A DNA stretch of 64,000 nt from Glaucostegus cemiculus. Its lineage: Eukaryota. This document shows, in pieces, positions 1 through 12,305 of the stretch. Numbering within the stretch: the stretch's first letter is position 1; the number at the start of each line of letters is the position of its first letter. The stretch is taken from contig CDPCPM010000015.1 in NCBI GenBank assembly GCA_976551045.1, positions 18,786,001 to 18,850,000 of the forward strand, given 5' to 3'. The position numbers and the translations under genes are program-made. The notes beneath the pieces were generated by a model that had not been told where the DNA came from, searched no databases, and was given only the letters and a program-made list of their open reading frames with translations.

Positions 1-51
1 GCTTCCAGCCACTTTCTTTCTAAACCTTGCACTATGAGCTACTGACTGTGT

Positions 52-470
52 TTGTGTTTGTGGGAACTCAGCCTTTTCTCCTTGGAGAGGAGGAGGATGA
101 GGGGGGACCCGATTGAGGTGTATAAAATGATGAGAGGTATGGATAGGGTAGATAGTCGGAGGCTTTTCCCCAGGGCTGAAATGGTGGCCACAAGAGGACA
201 TAGGTTTAAGGTGCTGGGGGAAAGATATATGGGAGATGTTAGGGGTAAGTTTTTTACTCAGAGAGTGGTGAGTGCATGGAATGGGCTGCCGGAGATGGTG
301 GTGGAGGCGGATACGTTAGGGTCTTTCAAGAGACTGTTGGATAGGTACATGGAGGTAAATAAGATAGAAGGCTATGGGTAAGCCTAATAGTGTGGGGACA
401 TGTTCGGCACAGCTTTGTGGGCCGAAGGGCCTGAATTGTGATGTAGGTATCTATGATCTATGTTCTATGT
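52..470 (+). mobile_element. CR1 (HER1-type) LINE 3' fragment: ORF2 C-terminus and 3' UTR
   Basis: ORF LFSLERRRMRGD.IEVYKMMRG.DRV...FFTQRVVSAWNGLP is the CR1 ORF2 C-terminus; followed by GGGCCGAAGGGCCTG and a CTATGTT-type tail. Confidence 0.92.
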
Positions 471-1779
471 TTTAATTCAAGATCGCATGACCTTCTCCTT
501 TCCCCGAAAGCCTTTAGCAGGAGGCAAGATTGGGGACAGGCCATGACCTATCTCAAAGTTGTCATGGCTCAGATATAGGGAGACAACTAGCACCAACTTA
601 AATTGTTACAAATATTTAAACATATAACAATTATTCAATTTTAAAAGAATTATAAAAAACATATTAAATAATTAAGAACAGTAACATAATGTAAAATCAG
701 TAGAAATATAAATTACTGAATTTATTGGTTGCTGACTAACAACCAGGTCAGGAAATCCCATTCAAATACACAAGGATTCCAATCCTATATCAGCTCAAGG
801 CTTTGTCGTTGGACCCCACAAGGAAACCAGCAACAGAAAGCAGTGACAGATGCACTGGCGTTTATCATTCAGCTCTTCGCAGGCTTACAGCAGACATGCA
901 TCAGCCAAGATGTACTTACCCGCAGACAGCAGAATGCCAGCAGTTCCCACGGGCATCTCAATCTGGCCCACAGTTTTGGACCTGAAAACTGGCCATAACA
1001 TATTACTGCCCACGCCTCCTTAATATATTGCTCTTGGTTAGGAATTATTCAGAACCAGTAATGCAATCTACTGTAATTACTGGCAAGGGGAGTGTTGGAT
1101 TCTCTGACTTGTTCTTGGCACAATATTCAGTAATATGCTGAAGCTTCACTTCTGACACATTGCCTGGCATTGTTTTACTCTTTCCATGTGTCAGCAACAG
1201 CTCTGGCTTTTCATTGCAGATGATAACATTAGGTTCCAAGGTGGCATTATTGTTCAATAAATAAACGCTGTTTTAATTATTTTGTCAAAAAATACTTTAT
1301 ACAAAGATATCCTTTGTGTGCATAAAACTGATATGAAATACAAAAGTAAAATTACATTGACAGTAACAAAAAATATAATTCAAAATTGCTAACAACAGGA
1401 ATAACAGCTATGTCAGAAGTTGCAATGTTTCAGAAGCAAGCCTTTTCTATAAAACTATCTGGCAAGGTTGCAGAAATAAGCAAGCCTCAGATTCAGACTG
1501 CATACTCCACAACAGTTGAAATCAAAAGGCTGCCTAAAAACCAGGGTCAATTTTGTATATAGTAGCTGCTTGTAAAACTAACAACACACAAGATTGTGAT
1601 AAATACTGGTCTGACTACAAGGTATTTTAAAAGTAAATGGTACAAAATGGGCCCAGTGAGTTCTGGGATCATCGTTTTATTCCTGGACCCATGAGAAAGA
1701 ATCCAGTTTAGCCCATAGAGACGGATATTTTAATTGCTTGCTCATCATTGACAGCAGAGGAATTATTCACGGTGTTCTA

Positions 1780-2218
1780 ACTTGTTATCTCCAACAATGA
1801 CTATTAAAATAGATTATCTGGTTTTAGAAATTACCCTCAGATTTTGCTGTGTTCAATTGATTGCTACATTTTCTTTCATTACAATAGTGACTAAAAGTAC
1901 TTTGTTGAATGTAAAATGCTTTTGGATATCCAGAAGTCATAAATAAAAAGAGAAAATGCTAGAAATGCTCAGCGGACTAGGCATCATCTGTGGAGAGACA
2001 AATAAGGTTAATGTTTCAGATCAGTGACTTTTCATTGGAACAGATCAGTCCTGATGAAAGATCTTCAACCTGAAACATTAACGCTCTGCACAGATGCTGC
2101 ATGCTCTCCTGAATATTTCCAGCACTTTCTCTTTTTATTTCCGAGGTCCCCCACCTGCAGTATTTTGATTTTGTCTTGAAGTCGCATAAGGGACCATTTA
2201 AATGTACATTTCTTTATT
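1780..2218 (+). mobile_element. Deu-domain SINE (SacSINE1/AmnSINE1-like) 3' part, interrupted by a fold-back element
   Basis: AGATTATCTGG...TTGCTGTG...CATTACAATAGTGACT..AAGTACTT...TGTAAAATGCTTTTGGA resembles the Deu-SINE 3' region; resumes after 2175. Confidence 0.6.
1941..2172. mobile_element. Penelope-derived palindromic (fold-back) element with two opposed degenerate hammerhead cores
   Basis: Inverted arms AAATGCTAGAAATGCTCAG..GCATCATCTGTG / CACAGATGCTGC..CTGAATATTTCCAGCAC; CTGATGA (2051-2057) and GAAAC (2072-2076) on +, mirrored degenerate core on -. Confidence 0.75.
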
Positions 2219-4050
2219 TATTCTGTATCTGGTTTTAAGCAATTGCAAATATTTATCATGGGCTGAGCTGTGCTCCCACATCAGCAATCCTGTAGAAAAT
2301 TTTAATATTCCTGATCTGAATGTTGGGTAAATAACCAAAAATAAGAATTGAACCTTTATCATCATGCTGAATTAATTTCATTCACATTCTCCATTAATTT
2401 TGCTCGATGATGTTAGGTGAAGAGATTATACTCCAATGTAAAACAATGGAGATTTATAATCCTCCCTGTGGTACATGCAGGGGTCTGATGAGAACTGGTT
2501 TGATTCAGTGAACAAGGACAAGCAGATTGGAGAGATTAGGATTTTTGAGAGTTTAACATAAAAATTCCTAGGCGGGAAATCAAAGAAGGGGAAAAATCAC
2601 AGCTACTTTTCCTGGTTGCAAAGGACCATCCTTCTATACACAGGCTGCTAGAGTGGAATGGAGCATCTGGTCCCTGAGTAGCACCCACCTCAAATTGATC
2701 GATGGAAGCAATGACATTGTTCAATTTATAGGCAAAAATAAATCACCACTGTCTTGGGTACAGAGATAGCTAAAAGTAAAAATAGCTTTAAATAAGATTC
2801 CTCCTGATTTATAGTTTGTGCTTTTAACAGTAAACAGATGGCTATTTTCTGCATTGTATTCATTCCAGCTCAATAAACAAGCCCAGAAACACAAACTGTC
2901 CTCGAGCATACATGAGAGAAATGCCTGAAAGTTACAGTCACTGCTAGTCCATGAAGACAAAATTGGAAGGCCAATTACACATTTTCACAAGTGCTCAGAT
3001 TAATTGATGTTCAATATTTTGAATGTTCATTTGGCTGTTAGAACAGTACAATTATGGACCATATTCATCCTAGAACAGGGCATCTCGTGGCTCTAAACTG
3101 TCACTTCATTCAGAAAGTTGGAGGTTCTAGACCCTCCAAATGGGACTCGAACCTCCAATATTCTGACTGAAGTGATGCCTTCTACCATCTCAGGTACAAA
3201 TTGTTAATTATGACTCCTTACCTTTTTGAGGCAAGTTTAATGGTTAGTTAATGTTTAAATCCACTAGGTCTTAAAAATAACGAGGAGGCAAAGAGGCCAA
3301 AGAGATGGGGAAATCGGTGTTAAGTAAATAAATTGATGGTGCTTGATCCAGCCTAGTGCTGGGACTCACCTCCCACAGTCCCCACCTTTTCGTATCAGGT
3401 GTATCTGGAGACCCAAGGAAACTGACCCTCTGTATCTGAGTATCACCTTGGGAGGCAGAGCAAACTCCTGGATGACAACCAAGCCTCAGACAACAGCCTA
3501 TTGCTGAAGTCCCAGACTGAATCACCTCGACAGCTCATCGCTATCAAGGCCTTTCTAACTATTTTTAATTGTCTCTGACAGAGACATTTGAAAACAGTTG
3601 AAATAGGTCTAAATAACCACAAAAAAAATGTAATTTAATTGAAAATGGAGTAAATAGAAAGTACGATAAAATTTTGTAAAATAGAAAAAAATATTAACGT
3701 AAAGTACAACACTTAGTTTTCTGTACAGGGTCGGTGACCCCATTAAATGATTTTGGGGGGGGTGCGGGGGGAGGAGGAGTGTGAAATATAAATGCCAGTC
3801 AGCCTTATAATTGAGCTGAGGGACTGGGTATTAAGCATATTCACCCTCTTTAGCTTGTCAGTTTTCTTCTGGGCTCAGTGGTGAGTCCAGCAGTGGAGTG
3901 GCAGATCAGATGCGTGGCATTTCATCACCAGCTCACCTACCACTTCCAAAATGAAGTGAGCCACCTGGATTCGACTCAGTATAAATTCTTTAACCCCCTG
4001 AACTTTAAGAGATATTTGCATGGTTTGTGTTAACATGCTGTTATTTTACC

Positions 4051-4309
4051 ATTAAATTTTAAATTAAATTTTATTTACAGCATGGTAACAGGCCCTTTCG
4101 GCCCAACGAGTCCGCACCGCCCATTTTAAACCCCCAAATTAACCTACCCGTACGTCTTTTTAGAATGTGGGAGGAAACCGGAGCACCCAGAGGAAACTCA
4201 CGCAGACACGGAAGAACGTACAAACTCCTTACAGTCAGTGATGGGAATCGAACCCCGATTGCTGGCGCTGTAACAGCATCGGGCTAACTGCTACGCTATT
4301 GTGCTGCCC
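4051..4309 (-). mobile_element. tRNA-derived V-SINE (HE1-like) with CR1-type tail
   Basis: Reverse complement has A/B boxes (TAGCGTAGCAG, GGTTCGATTCC), V-core GTTCTTCCGTGTCTGCGTGAGTTTCCTCTGGGTGCTCCGGTTTCCTCCCACA and tail GGGCCGAAAGGGCCTG. Confidence 0.9.
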
Positions 4310-4609
4310 AAATTAACATTTGGGTCGGGGTGTGTAATCTGCTTGTAGAGATAGTCTTGTACCAGTTTTAAGAACATCAATCAAAATTTGTTAGCTTGTT
4401 CAAAAAGCTGCTGTCACATTGGATGCAATCCTAATAAATGTTCTTCTTCACCTATCAACATCACCTGCAACAATCCATTATATTTGAGTTTATAATCTGC
4501 TCTCCGTTAAGTGTCAAATAAATTCTGCAATATACATAGTACAGAGAAAAAATGTCTATTATAACAGTTGTATTTACCATTTAGATCTTTTTCTTCTTTT
4601 TTCTTCATT

Positions 4610-4760
4610 TCTGGACATCAGTGAATTCCTGCAATCTTTCTGGTACTGGTACTCCCTCAGTGTCATTGGGCACAGTGTTCCATGATAGGGAGCCAGCAAA
4701 GACAAAGTCCTGGCGATATATTTCCAAGTAACATGGAGAGAACCTACAGTTGGTGGTATT
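4610..4760 (-). mobile_element. LINE ORF2 3' fragment (second CR1-group family; same as 42690-43200)
   Basis: Translation YLEIYRQDFVFAGSLSWNTVPNDTEGVPVPERLQEF parallels the C-terminus seen at 42690-43200. Confidence 0.6.
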
Positions 4761-4789
4761 TGCATGTATCTGGGACCCTTGTGCAACCC

Positions 4790-5060
4790 TTACCAATCAC
4801 ATGGGTAAACATGGAGTCATATGTAGGCCAGATCAGGTTTAGATGACAGATTTTCTCCCGAAGAACATTAGTGGATTTTTTATGACCGTGTAATAGTTTT
4901 TATCATTGTCATTACAAAGACTAGTAGCTCCTTCTACCAAATTCCTTATTAATAATGGAATTTACATTCCACAGTTACTGTGATGGCATTTGAACTCAGG
5001 TCTCTGGTAGTCTAGGTCTTTGGATTACTAGCCTAGTAACTTAACTGCTACAGCATCATC
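4790..5060 (-). mobile_element. Diverged tRNA-derived SINE (same family as 44945-45306)
   Basis: Shares GGAGTCATATGTAGGCCAG, GGCATTTGAACTCAGGTCTCTGG and GGATTACTAG blocks with 44945-45306; tRNA-like head on -. Confidence 0.6.
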
Positions 5061-5167
5061 CAACTGATTCAATGCAGAATTAGATCTACTTCAACAACAG
5101 AAACACAGATATGCAAGCATTGTAATTTTTCAACGGCCTAAGAAGGCAGATAAAGGTTAAGGAATTG

Positions 5168-5244
5168 AAAATATAAACTGCAGACAACAGAAATTTAAAA
5201 TAAAGACACAAAATGCTGGAACTTCTAAGCAGCTGACCACATCA
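5168..5244. mobile_element. Truncated Penelope-derived element with 12-bp TSD
   Basis: GTTAAGGAATTG at 5156-5167 and 5245-5256 flanks ACACAAAATGCTGGAACTTCTAAGCAG. Confidence 0.7.
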
Positions 5245-5730
5245 GTTAAGGAATTGTTCTGTAGTCATCCATTATACAAGCTTATAAAGCACATCTTACT
5301 GGGCAAGGACATGGTAAAGAAGAAATCAAGGTGAATCAGGACAAAAGCATCAACTAATCAATTTTTATTTTAAGATACTTAGCAATAATTTCAGTAAAGT
5401 GTTTCTATTGCAGGAACAGCTGCTATCTTCAGTGTCTCGGTTGTAAACCAAATTCACTTAACACAAAATGTTAGTCCCAGCAACATTGAATATTTTAATG
5501 TGTGTGATGCATTGGACTATGCACCTCTTCAATCAGGGTCAAGTTCACTGGAATAAAATTGCAAACAGTTTCAACTGAGTACCATAGTATGTGGAAGCAC
5601 CCTGTGCACGTGACTGGAATTGTCAGTGGTGTGCTTTACAATTCCGACCCATTAAGATCCTACAAGAGGAACCAGTTAAACACATACGAAGTCACCTTCA
5701 GCTTATTGTGTAAAGACATGAAGCTATGTG

Positions 5731-5913
5731 TGTTACGATTGTTCTTCATCAAGAGACAAACCTCTCGTGGGTTTAACATCTGAACATTTTATTAACCAGC
5801 AACAGACAGGTTTGCTTTCCCTCTTTTTTACAGCCACTTCCTGTTCCCCCATGTGATCCCTTGCATTGCCTTCCGAGAACTGTAGTTCTTTATTATAACT
5901 ACATAACAACACA
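5731..5913 (-). mobile_element. Short solo LTR (Gypsy-like)
   Basis: TGTTAC...AACACA termini, near-TSD ATGTG/ATGTA, AATAAA on the - strand. Confidence 0.6.
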
Positions 5914-5985
5914 ATGTATAGTGGTACACAATGGCCAGAAAATACCAGACTACAGTGTAAGTCTGTGGGTTAGCTAATCACAATA

Positions 5986-6394
5986 TAGCCCCCCCCCCCG
6001 GGTTATGGACCATTGTACATCCGAAAGAGCACTTAGGAGACCAGTGGGAAGGAAGGGGATGGATTTGCCGGCTGCTGCGAGACTGCAGGAGTTTTTACCG
6101 GGTAGGAATGGGGCATTCCCGCGTGCCCTCTCTCCCTACCCTCCCCCAAGCCACAACACCGGGAGCTGGGTCAAGCCGAGGAGAGCCGGGTGCACTGAGC
6201 AGACTCACTCGTTCACTCACTGAGTGAGTGAGGCTGGCTGGCGGCCACTCTTCCCGCACCTGCTAGCTCTCCTGTCACTGCTGTTTCTGTGACCCTCTCC
6301 CACGCGTGGTTTTTGTTCATTTCTGACTTATGAAAAATTCAGGTTATGAACAGATCTCAGGAAGAGAACCTTGTCGTAACCCGGAGACTGCCTG
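5986..6394. mobile_element. Tigger/pogo-like (Tc1-mariner) non-autonomous DNA transposon
   Basis: Right TIR TCGTAACCCGGAGACTGCCTG followed by TA; degenerate left TIR TA|TAGCCCC..CCGGGTTATG; GC-rich interior. Confidence 0.65.
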
Positions 6395-6404
6395 TACACA
6401 GAAC

Positions 6405-8023
6405 TGTTACATTATTACAAGGATGAATGGGGATTTATACCATTATCGGCAGATGTATATCATTTGTATGTATTATAACATGTTACTCAATGGTGCATTA
6501 GGTTTATAGAAATCACACATTATACCTCTAGGCAGTAATGGAACCTGTAACCTGAAAATAAATAGCGTGTAAGACACAGATCTGAGTCTTCACTGTAATT
6601 TGAAAATATAACTTTGGCAACAATAAAACATAATGCAGTGGCAATGGTCTACTGAATAAATTTCCTTACCATATGGATGGTGTGAAAACTTAATTTGAAG
6701 CTAGAAAATAAATCAACACAAATCTGTGCTGATAGCTCGTGCTGAGTACGTGAACAATGCTGCAGTGACAACACAGTTCCAGCCTCTGATGGACTGGGAG
6801 GCCAAAGATATGTTGGAGGAGCTTGTAAAATTCAAGCTACCGTGTAAGCTGGTACTCAGCAACTTCCTGGAAAGCACGAGTTATGGAGAGACGGTCAGTG
6901 ACATCTTTTGGTTGGCGGAAGAGAAAGGAATAGATCGTTTCCACAGCTGGGAAATAATTGTGTAATAATCCTGACAACATCTTCAAAGAAATTAGTAGAC
7001 TTCATGCTGAAATAAAATTAGCAAATCCACAGATACGAATCCACAGATCCAGAGACTAGGACTGGAACCGAGTAGTCTCTTGATTATTCCTTTACAAGTC
7101 TGAGTAAGAGCCAGTAAATGCAAACTTAAGGAAATAGATAAAAGCTTAGTGAGATTCAGCATACCCAGATAACCAAAAAGCTTTGGAGCAGCAAATAATC
7201 TACTAGAGGAACTCAGCAGGTTGTACAACTCTCTTGTGCAACCAGAAAGCTTTGACTGGGAACAGACTGTCAGTCAGTATACAGGAAGACCCAATGAAGA
7301 CAACGGCTGTTCAGACTGCCATTCCCCAGATCAGTCTTGGGAAAGAAAGCAGGGTTAATGCAGATGGACAAGTAATTGAGAGGACAAAAGTGCACGTACA
7401 GGATCCAGTTATGAAAGCATGGAACTCAACTAGCGTTATTGATAATGCTCTTACTCCAAGGTCTTAAAATAGTGAGAATAACATGGGCCAATGGATAAGA
7501 TGGAATGGAATCCATCTCAGGCATACACTAGAACTGATAAAACAGAAGGTTTTGGCAACAACACCAGCTATATCGAATATAACTTCTATAGCACCTGAGG
7601 TAACAGATATCATATCACCAGCACAAGAATTCTTCACAGAGATGGATGATTATGTCCATGTCTATTCAATAGAGGTAACATCTTTCCACTTGAGATGATA
7701 TCATGAATGATGTTTTAAGAGGCATGGTAATTAGTAATAGAATTTACATTTTGAAATAGATCATCCAAATTACATGTTTTAAGAAAACAAAGAGAACAAT
7801 TGTTTTAAAAGGAAAAGTATGTTACATTATTGCAAGAAAGAAGGATCTATAATGGTAAAGGCTCAAGTGTACTATTTGTACTAATTCTACTTCACTACTC
7901 AGTAGTGCACTGTATTCTGTGTAGAAATCAAATACTGTATCTCTTGTCAGCACATGGAGAGCAGCCTGAAAATAAACAGGATGTGAGCCACAGATTGAAG
8001 CCTTAACAGTGGAAAAAATAAGA
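6405..8023 (+). mobile_element. Ancient internally deleted Gypsy LTR retrotransposon (5'LTR ~6405-6613, gag/pol relic, 3'LTR ~7820-8023)
   Basis: Both LTRs begin TGTTACATTATT(A/G)CAAG and share TAGAAATCA, CCTGAAAATAAA, CACAGAT in order; PBS-like TGGCAACAA after the 5'LTR; purine tract AAAAGGAAAAGTA before the 3'LTR. Confidence 0.8.
6726..7698 (+). pseudogene. Degraded Gypsy gag and reverse-transcriptase remnants
   Basis: MDWEAKDMLEELVKFK..CKLVLSNFL...VSDIFWLAEEKGIDRFHSW and NPDNIFKE resemble Gypsy gag; AQEFFTEMDD resembles the RT motif AKFFSKLDA; stops and frameshifts; located between the two LTRs. Confidence 0.65.
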
Positions 8024-8054
8024 TGCCACACAGCTAGAATTCTGCAATTATGCG

Positions 8055-8490
8055 TCAGTCATGGCTCAGTGGTAGATCACTGCTCTCAAAGGTTGCAATC
8101 ATAAGCACCACCCCTGAGATTTGAACACATAATTCAGGTTGAGACTTCAGCAAAGATACTGAGGGAATTCTGTATTTTTGGAGCTACTGTTTTTTGGATG
8201 AGATGTTAAACAAGGACTCCACTCACCGCTATTGGCATGCATAAAAAAATCTCACAGCACTACTTCGGAGAAGATCAAGAGTGTTCTCCCCCAATGTCCA
8301 ATACATGCATCTCACCTAACACTACCCATCACTCCTGATTATCTTTTCATTGGCATGTTGCTTTTTGTGGGACCTTACTATGTATAAAGGTGCCTTACAT
8401 CACAACAACACTTCAGAAAGAATTTTAGTCGCCTGCAGCCCACTTTGGAATCCTCTGAGAATTGAGAAGCAATCAAGTCCTTCTGTCTTA
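8055..8490 (+). mobile_element. Deu-domain SINE (SacSINE1/AmnSINE1-like), near full length, diverged
   Basis: tRNA-like head TGGCTCAGTGGTAG; Deu core GGATGAGATGTTAAAC...GAAGATCAAGAGTGTTCTCCCC...GCTTTTTGTGGGACCTT. Confidence 0.75.
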
Positions 8491-9039
8491 CAAAATGGCC
8501 ATAAATTGTCAGAGTAGACAAGGTCAAAAATCAACTGATAGCCCTCCTGTTTATTATCTGGGGGCTTCTGTAGGAGGCAATGCTGGGAGTAGGACTGGCT
8601 ACAAAATATTCTGAAGTATCAAAGCTACTTACACGTCACCCAGAATTATGCACGAAGAACAGACACTTGGGTGAGGAGCAGGGGGAACAGAATGGTGCAA
8701 AACCCTGTGGGAAACAAAGGTGACGGGAAAAAATTGCACTCAGCTGTGAAGATGCAAAAATACTCTAAGGCAAGATTTGTACTGGCAAATCTTCTATGAA
8801 CCTTTGGTTAGCCTACCTCAACTGACAACACTCCAGGACATGACCACATCAACAAGGCTACATACAAAGTCATTCTGAATCAGTGGTGTACTTTTGGAGA
8901 TTAGGTGTTGTCATGAGACAAAGTAAATTAAGATAATACAGAACCAAAATACTGCAGTTGCTGGAAATCTGAATTAAAAACTGAAGTTAATTTTAGTACT
9001 CAGCAGGTCGGACAGCATCCGTGGAGAGATATGGCAGTC

Positions 9040-9320
9040 AGTTTATGCATGGCAAGCTCCCATGATCAGCAACATAATAATCAGATAAGTGAATATAATA
9101 TTCACTTATCTAAAGTCTCCAGTTTGATAAAGTAGAATTTTGGGATCTTTTACATCCATTCAAGGGTGAAGTTGCAGCCACAGTCTAAAAGACAACATTC
9201 TGGGAATGGAACTTCAGCCTAAATTATTGTGCTTAAGAACTTCTACACTGGGATTTGAATCCTCAAAATTCACCACTCAGATGAAGTAAGAATGCTACCA
9301 ACTCAGTTGCAGTTGATGCC
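9040..9320 (-). mobile_element. Deu-domain SINE fragment
   Basis: GGGATCTTTTACATCCA and GGGATTTGAATCC..AATGCTACCAACTCAG are the reverse of the Deu core and tRNA head. Confidence 0.55.
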
Positions 9321-9994
9321 TCAGAGCAAGAGTAGATGTTCCTACCTCTTGAGATTTCTCTGTCAATCAATTATCTCATAAATGATTCATATATTTCCAC
9401 TATTTACTGACTTGGTTTTATATCCTTTAAAAGCTTTACCCAACAAAAAATATCTATCTCAGTCCCAAATCATCAAACATTAACTGGGGGTTCTAGATTT
9501 ACTGTAAGAGCATTCCCTGATTTCCCTTTTAATGGACTCTCTCTAATTTTCCTTCTTTTTTTCCCTCCACTCACCCACTAGAGGATGTCACTTATAAACG
9601 CAGAATGTGCTGGGATACTCAGCAGATCAAGCAGCATCTGCGGAGAGAGAAACAGAGGTAACTGCAAAAGAATGTTTAATAATCAATCCATATGGACTTC
9701 ATCAAATCCTTTAATCACTCTAAAACCTTGGTCAGATCACCTTTCAGTATTCTATACCAGAGGAGAAACGAGCCAAGTGTATTCACCCTGAATTCATAAT
9801 TTAATCCACTTTGCTCCAAGATAATTCTGTAAAGTCCTTCCACTGAGGACTAGTACATCCAACTGAGGTATAATACCCAAATCTGACAATACTCTTGACG
9901 AAGTCTGACCACAGCTCTCTTCCCGTTTTCATTCAACCCACTTATGCTTTAGACCAACAATTCATCAGTCTTTTTGATTTTTTTTGGGGGCACT

Positions 9995-10112
9995 AGATTT
10001 AAATCATTTAATTTTAATTTAATTTATTTACAGCATGGTAACAGGCCCTTTTGGCCCAACGAGTCCACGCCGCCCATTTTAAACCCCCAAATTAACCTAC
10101 CCGTACATCTTT
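9995..10112 (-). mobile_element. 5'-truncated V-SINE (3' tail only)
   Basis: Near-identical to 4051-4160 (ATTTACAGCATGGTAACAGGCCC...CCCCAAATTAACCTACCCGTAC). Confidence 0.85.
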
Positions 10113-10704
10113 TTTTTACCTCTGTGTACTGCTGGAAAAGCTAAAATATTAGTTTCAAACAACATCCAATTGATTGATACGGCAGACAAATGTCTTTCAA
10201 TCAACAAATCCTTTTAAGATAACAGAATAATAAGATTTGATAACCCTTCACAGTTCAGTAATATTTGTGAAACTGGCAATTTCAGCCTTGTCTGTAAATT
10301 GAATTTCTCTTCTTGGTAGTTACTTTTATTTCATTTTTCATGAAGCTGTAAGATTGTCGCGATTCCCTTTATTTTTAGCCAGGGTTAATGGATACAGGTG
10401 TGAGAATGAGAAATTAGTTTAGTTGATGATGGGGGGAAATTAATCTAACTCATGCCTGAAGGTCAGTGTCTTATACACTAAAGAAATGGCTGAACTGTTC
10501 TTTGCTGCAGGTTATTTCTTCAAATGAGCTGAGTGATCTGCCAATGAAGGCACAACTGATTTGTTGAATGTTTAAATGTATTCAGCAGAATTGAGATTAA
10601 TGAATTTTGTACTATGCAGATTACTGTAGTTGGTGAAAATATTTAATAAGTAGGCAAATAGTATAGCCTGTATCTGAAAGTCCAATGACATTGAATAATT
10701 TGCA

Positions 10705-10992
10705 TTGGTATGTCACAAAGCCATCTGCCTCTCTCTCTTTGTCTGCCTCCATCTATCATTCACCAACTCCACTCTGCTCCCCTCCCCTACCTACCTATCA
10801 TCCTCCACCCCTCCTCAGTCTACCAATCACTTCAGATTCCTTTCTCACCACTCCCCCTCTCCTCTTTGTACCGGCCATCTCACCTCCCCACACTCAGTCC
10901 TGATGCAGGGTTTCGACTCAAAACATCAACAATTCCTTTGCTTTCAAAGACGCTGCTCAACCTGCTTAATTCCTCTAGCAGATTGTTTATTA
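10705..10992 (+). mobile_element. Penelope-like element 3' region with degenerate hammerhead core
   Basis: Pyrimidine-rich tract then AGTC-CTGATGC-AGGGTTTCGACTC-AAAAC-ATC (10896-10927), followed by the conserved GACGCTGCTCAACCTGCT..TTCCTCTAGCA arm. Confidence 0.65.
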
Positions 10993-11119
10993 TCGCAAAG
11001 CCAGATGTCCAAAGAAAGGCCCTGCAGTCTCTTGAGCAGATCTAATGAGTGTGATCACTTCAGAGGCAGAGAATACACACAGTGTAATTGACTAGGTTAC
11101 ACATTGAAAACTTAAACCA

Positions 11120-11320
11120 ATTAATTGATAATTGGTTTATTATTGTCATATGAACTGAGATACAGTGAAAAACTTCATTTTGCATGCCATCCAGAAAGAT
11201 CATTCCAAACATAGTACAAGAGAAAAGCAATAACAGAATGCAGAATATAGTGTTAAAGTTACGGAGAAAATGTAGTGCAGGTAGACAGATAAGATGCAAG
11301 AGCCATGACAAGGCAGATTT
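11120..11320 (-). mobile_element. Rex1/Babar-type LINE 3' UTR
   Basis: Reverse complement ends GCAAAATGAAGTTTTTCACTGTATCTCAGTTCATATGACAATAATAAACC. Confidence 0.55.
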
Positions 11321-11899
11321 AGAAAGCTCAGCACCTTGCAAAAACCATGGCTTCAAGAGTGATCCCACAAGAAGTGATGGAGTATGCTCATAATTTCACA
11401 CATTCTGAAAGCACCATGCTTTCTACCAAATGCAACAGAATTGAAGAACAACTTTATGGTTTGGTTAACATTAAAGATTAGGTTTGGTGGGTGGGGGGGG
11501 GGGGCGGAAGGCTTTTGATACAATGCATTCCCATGATAGTCTCATTTCTCAAACTCATCATCAGTACTGAGTCCAGCTGAGAGCAGAAGTACAGAATGTG
11601 CTGGAAACACTCAGCAGATCAAAAGAAATTGTGTTATATACGGTGGCTCTGGTGAGTCCAGATAGAAACCATATAACTCCTTGTACCTGCCTCTGCCATT
11701 CAAAAAGATAATGGCTCATCTGATTTTTGACATCAACTCAATTCTCCTGTCCAGTCCCCAGAACCTATGACCTCCATGAATTCCAAAAAAAAAAATCATC
11801 AGTCTGGGCCTTGAATATACTTAATGGTTCTTGAACTCTTAATGCTAATGCCAAATGCATTAGCACTACTTTGGGTGTTTGCAGTCTCTCAATTTTTAT

Positions 11900-12305
11900 T
11901 AGGCTCATCTCTGAGTTCTTAGCTATAGTCCCAGTCCAGAGACTTAAAGACTAAGCCAACATTCCACTGTCTGACTGAGAGAATGCGCCAAAACTGGAAG
12001 TACTGCCTGTTGGATAAGATGTTAGTGAAGCCACATCTGATCTCTTAGAGGAATGCAGAAGATTATATGATAGCATTTTGAAAAAGGATGGAAGAGTTAT
12101 GCATCACTAATATTTATTCTCTAATTAATATCACTGAAACAGATTATCCAGTTATTATAACATCCCTGTTTGTGGGAACTTGATAAGTACAAATTGATTG
12201 CTGTTTTAAAATGAGATTACAGTGCATATCAAACAGTGGTTCTAAAGTGGTTTTGGACAACCTCAGACTATGCAAGGTTTGATATAAGTAGAAGTCTTTC
12301 ATTTG
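11900..12305 (+). mobile_element. Deu-domain SINE, diverged
   Basis: GGATAAGATGTT...ATATTTATTCTC..AATATCACTGAAACAGATTATC...CTGTTTGTGGGAACTTG...AAATTGATTGCTG. Confidence 0.7.

Noticed and set aside
2485-2520. CTGATGAG...GAAC possible hammerhead
   Set aside because: GAAC instead of GAAA, stem II out of register, no stem I/III and no Penelope context
4335-4352. TACAAGCAG (YKQ) on the minus strand as start of HCN exon 5
   Set aside because: Continues YKQIT rather than YKQVEQYMSF and has no adjacent acceptor AG
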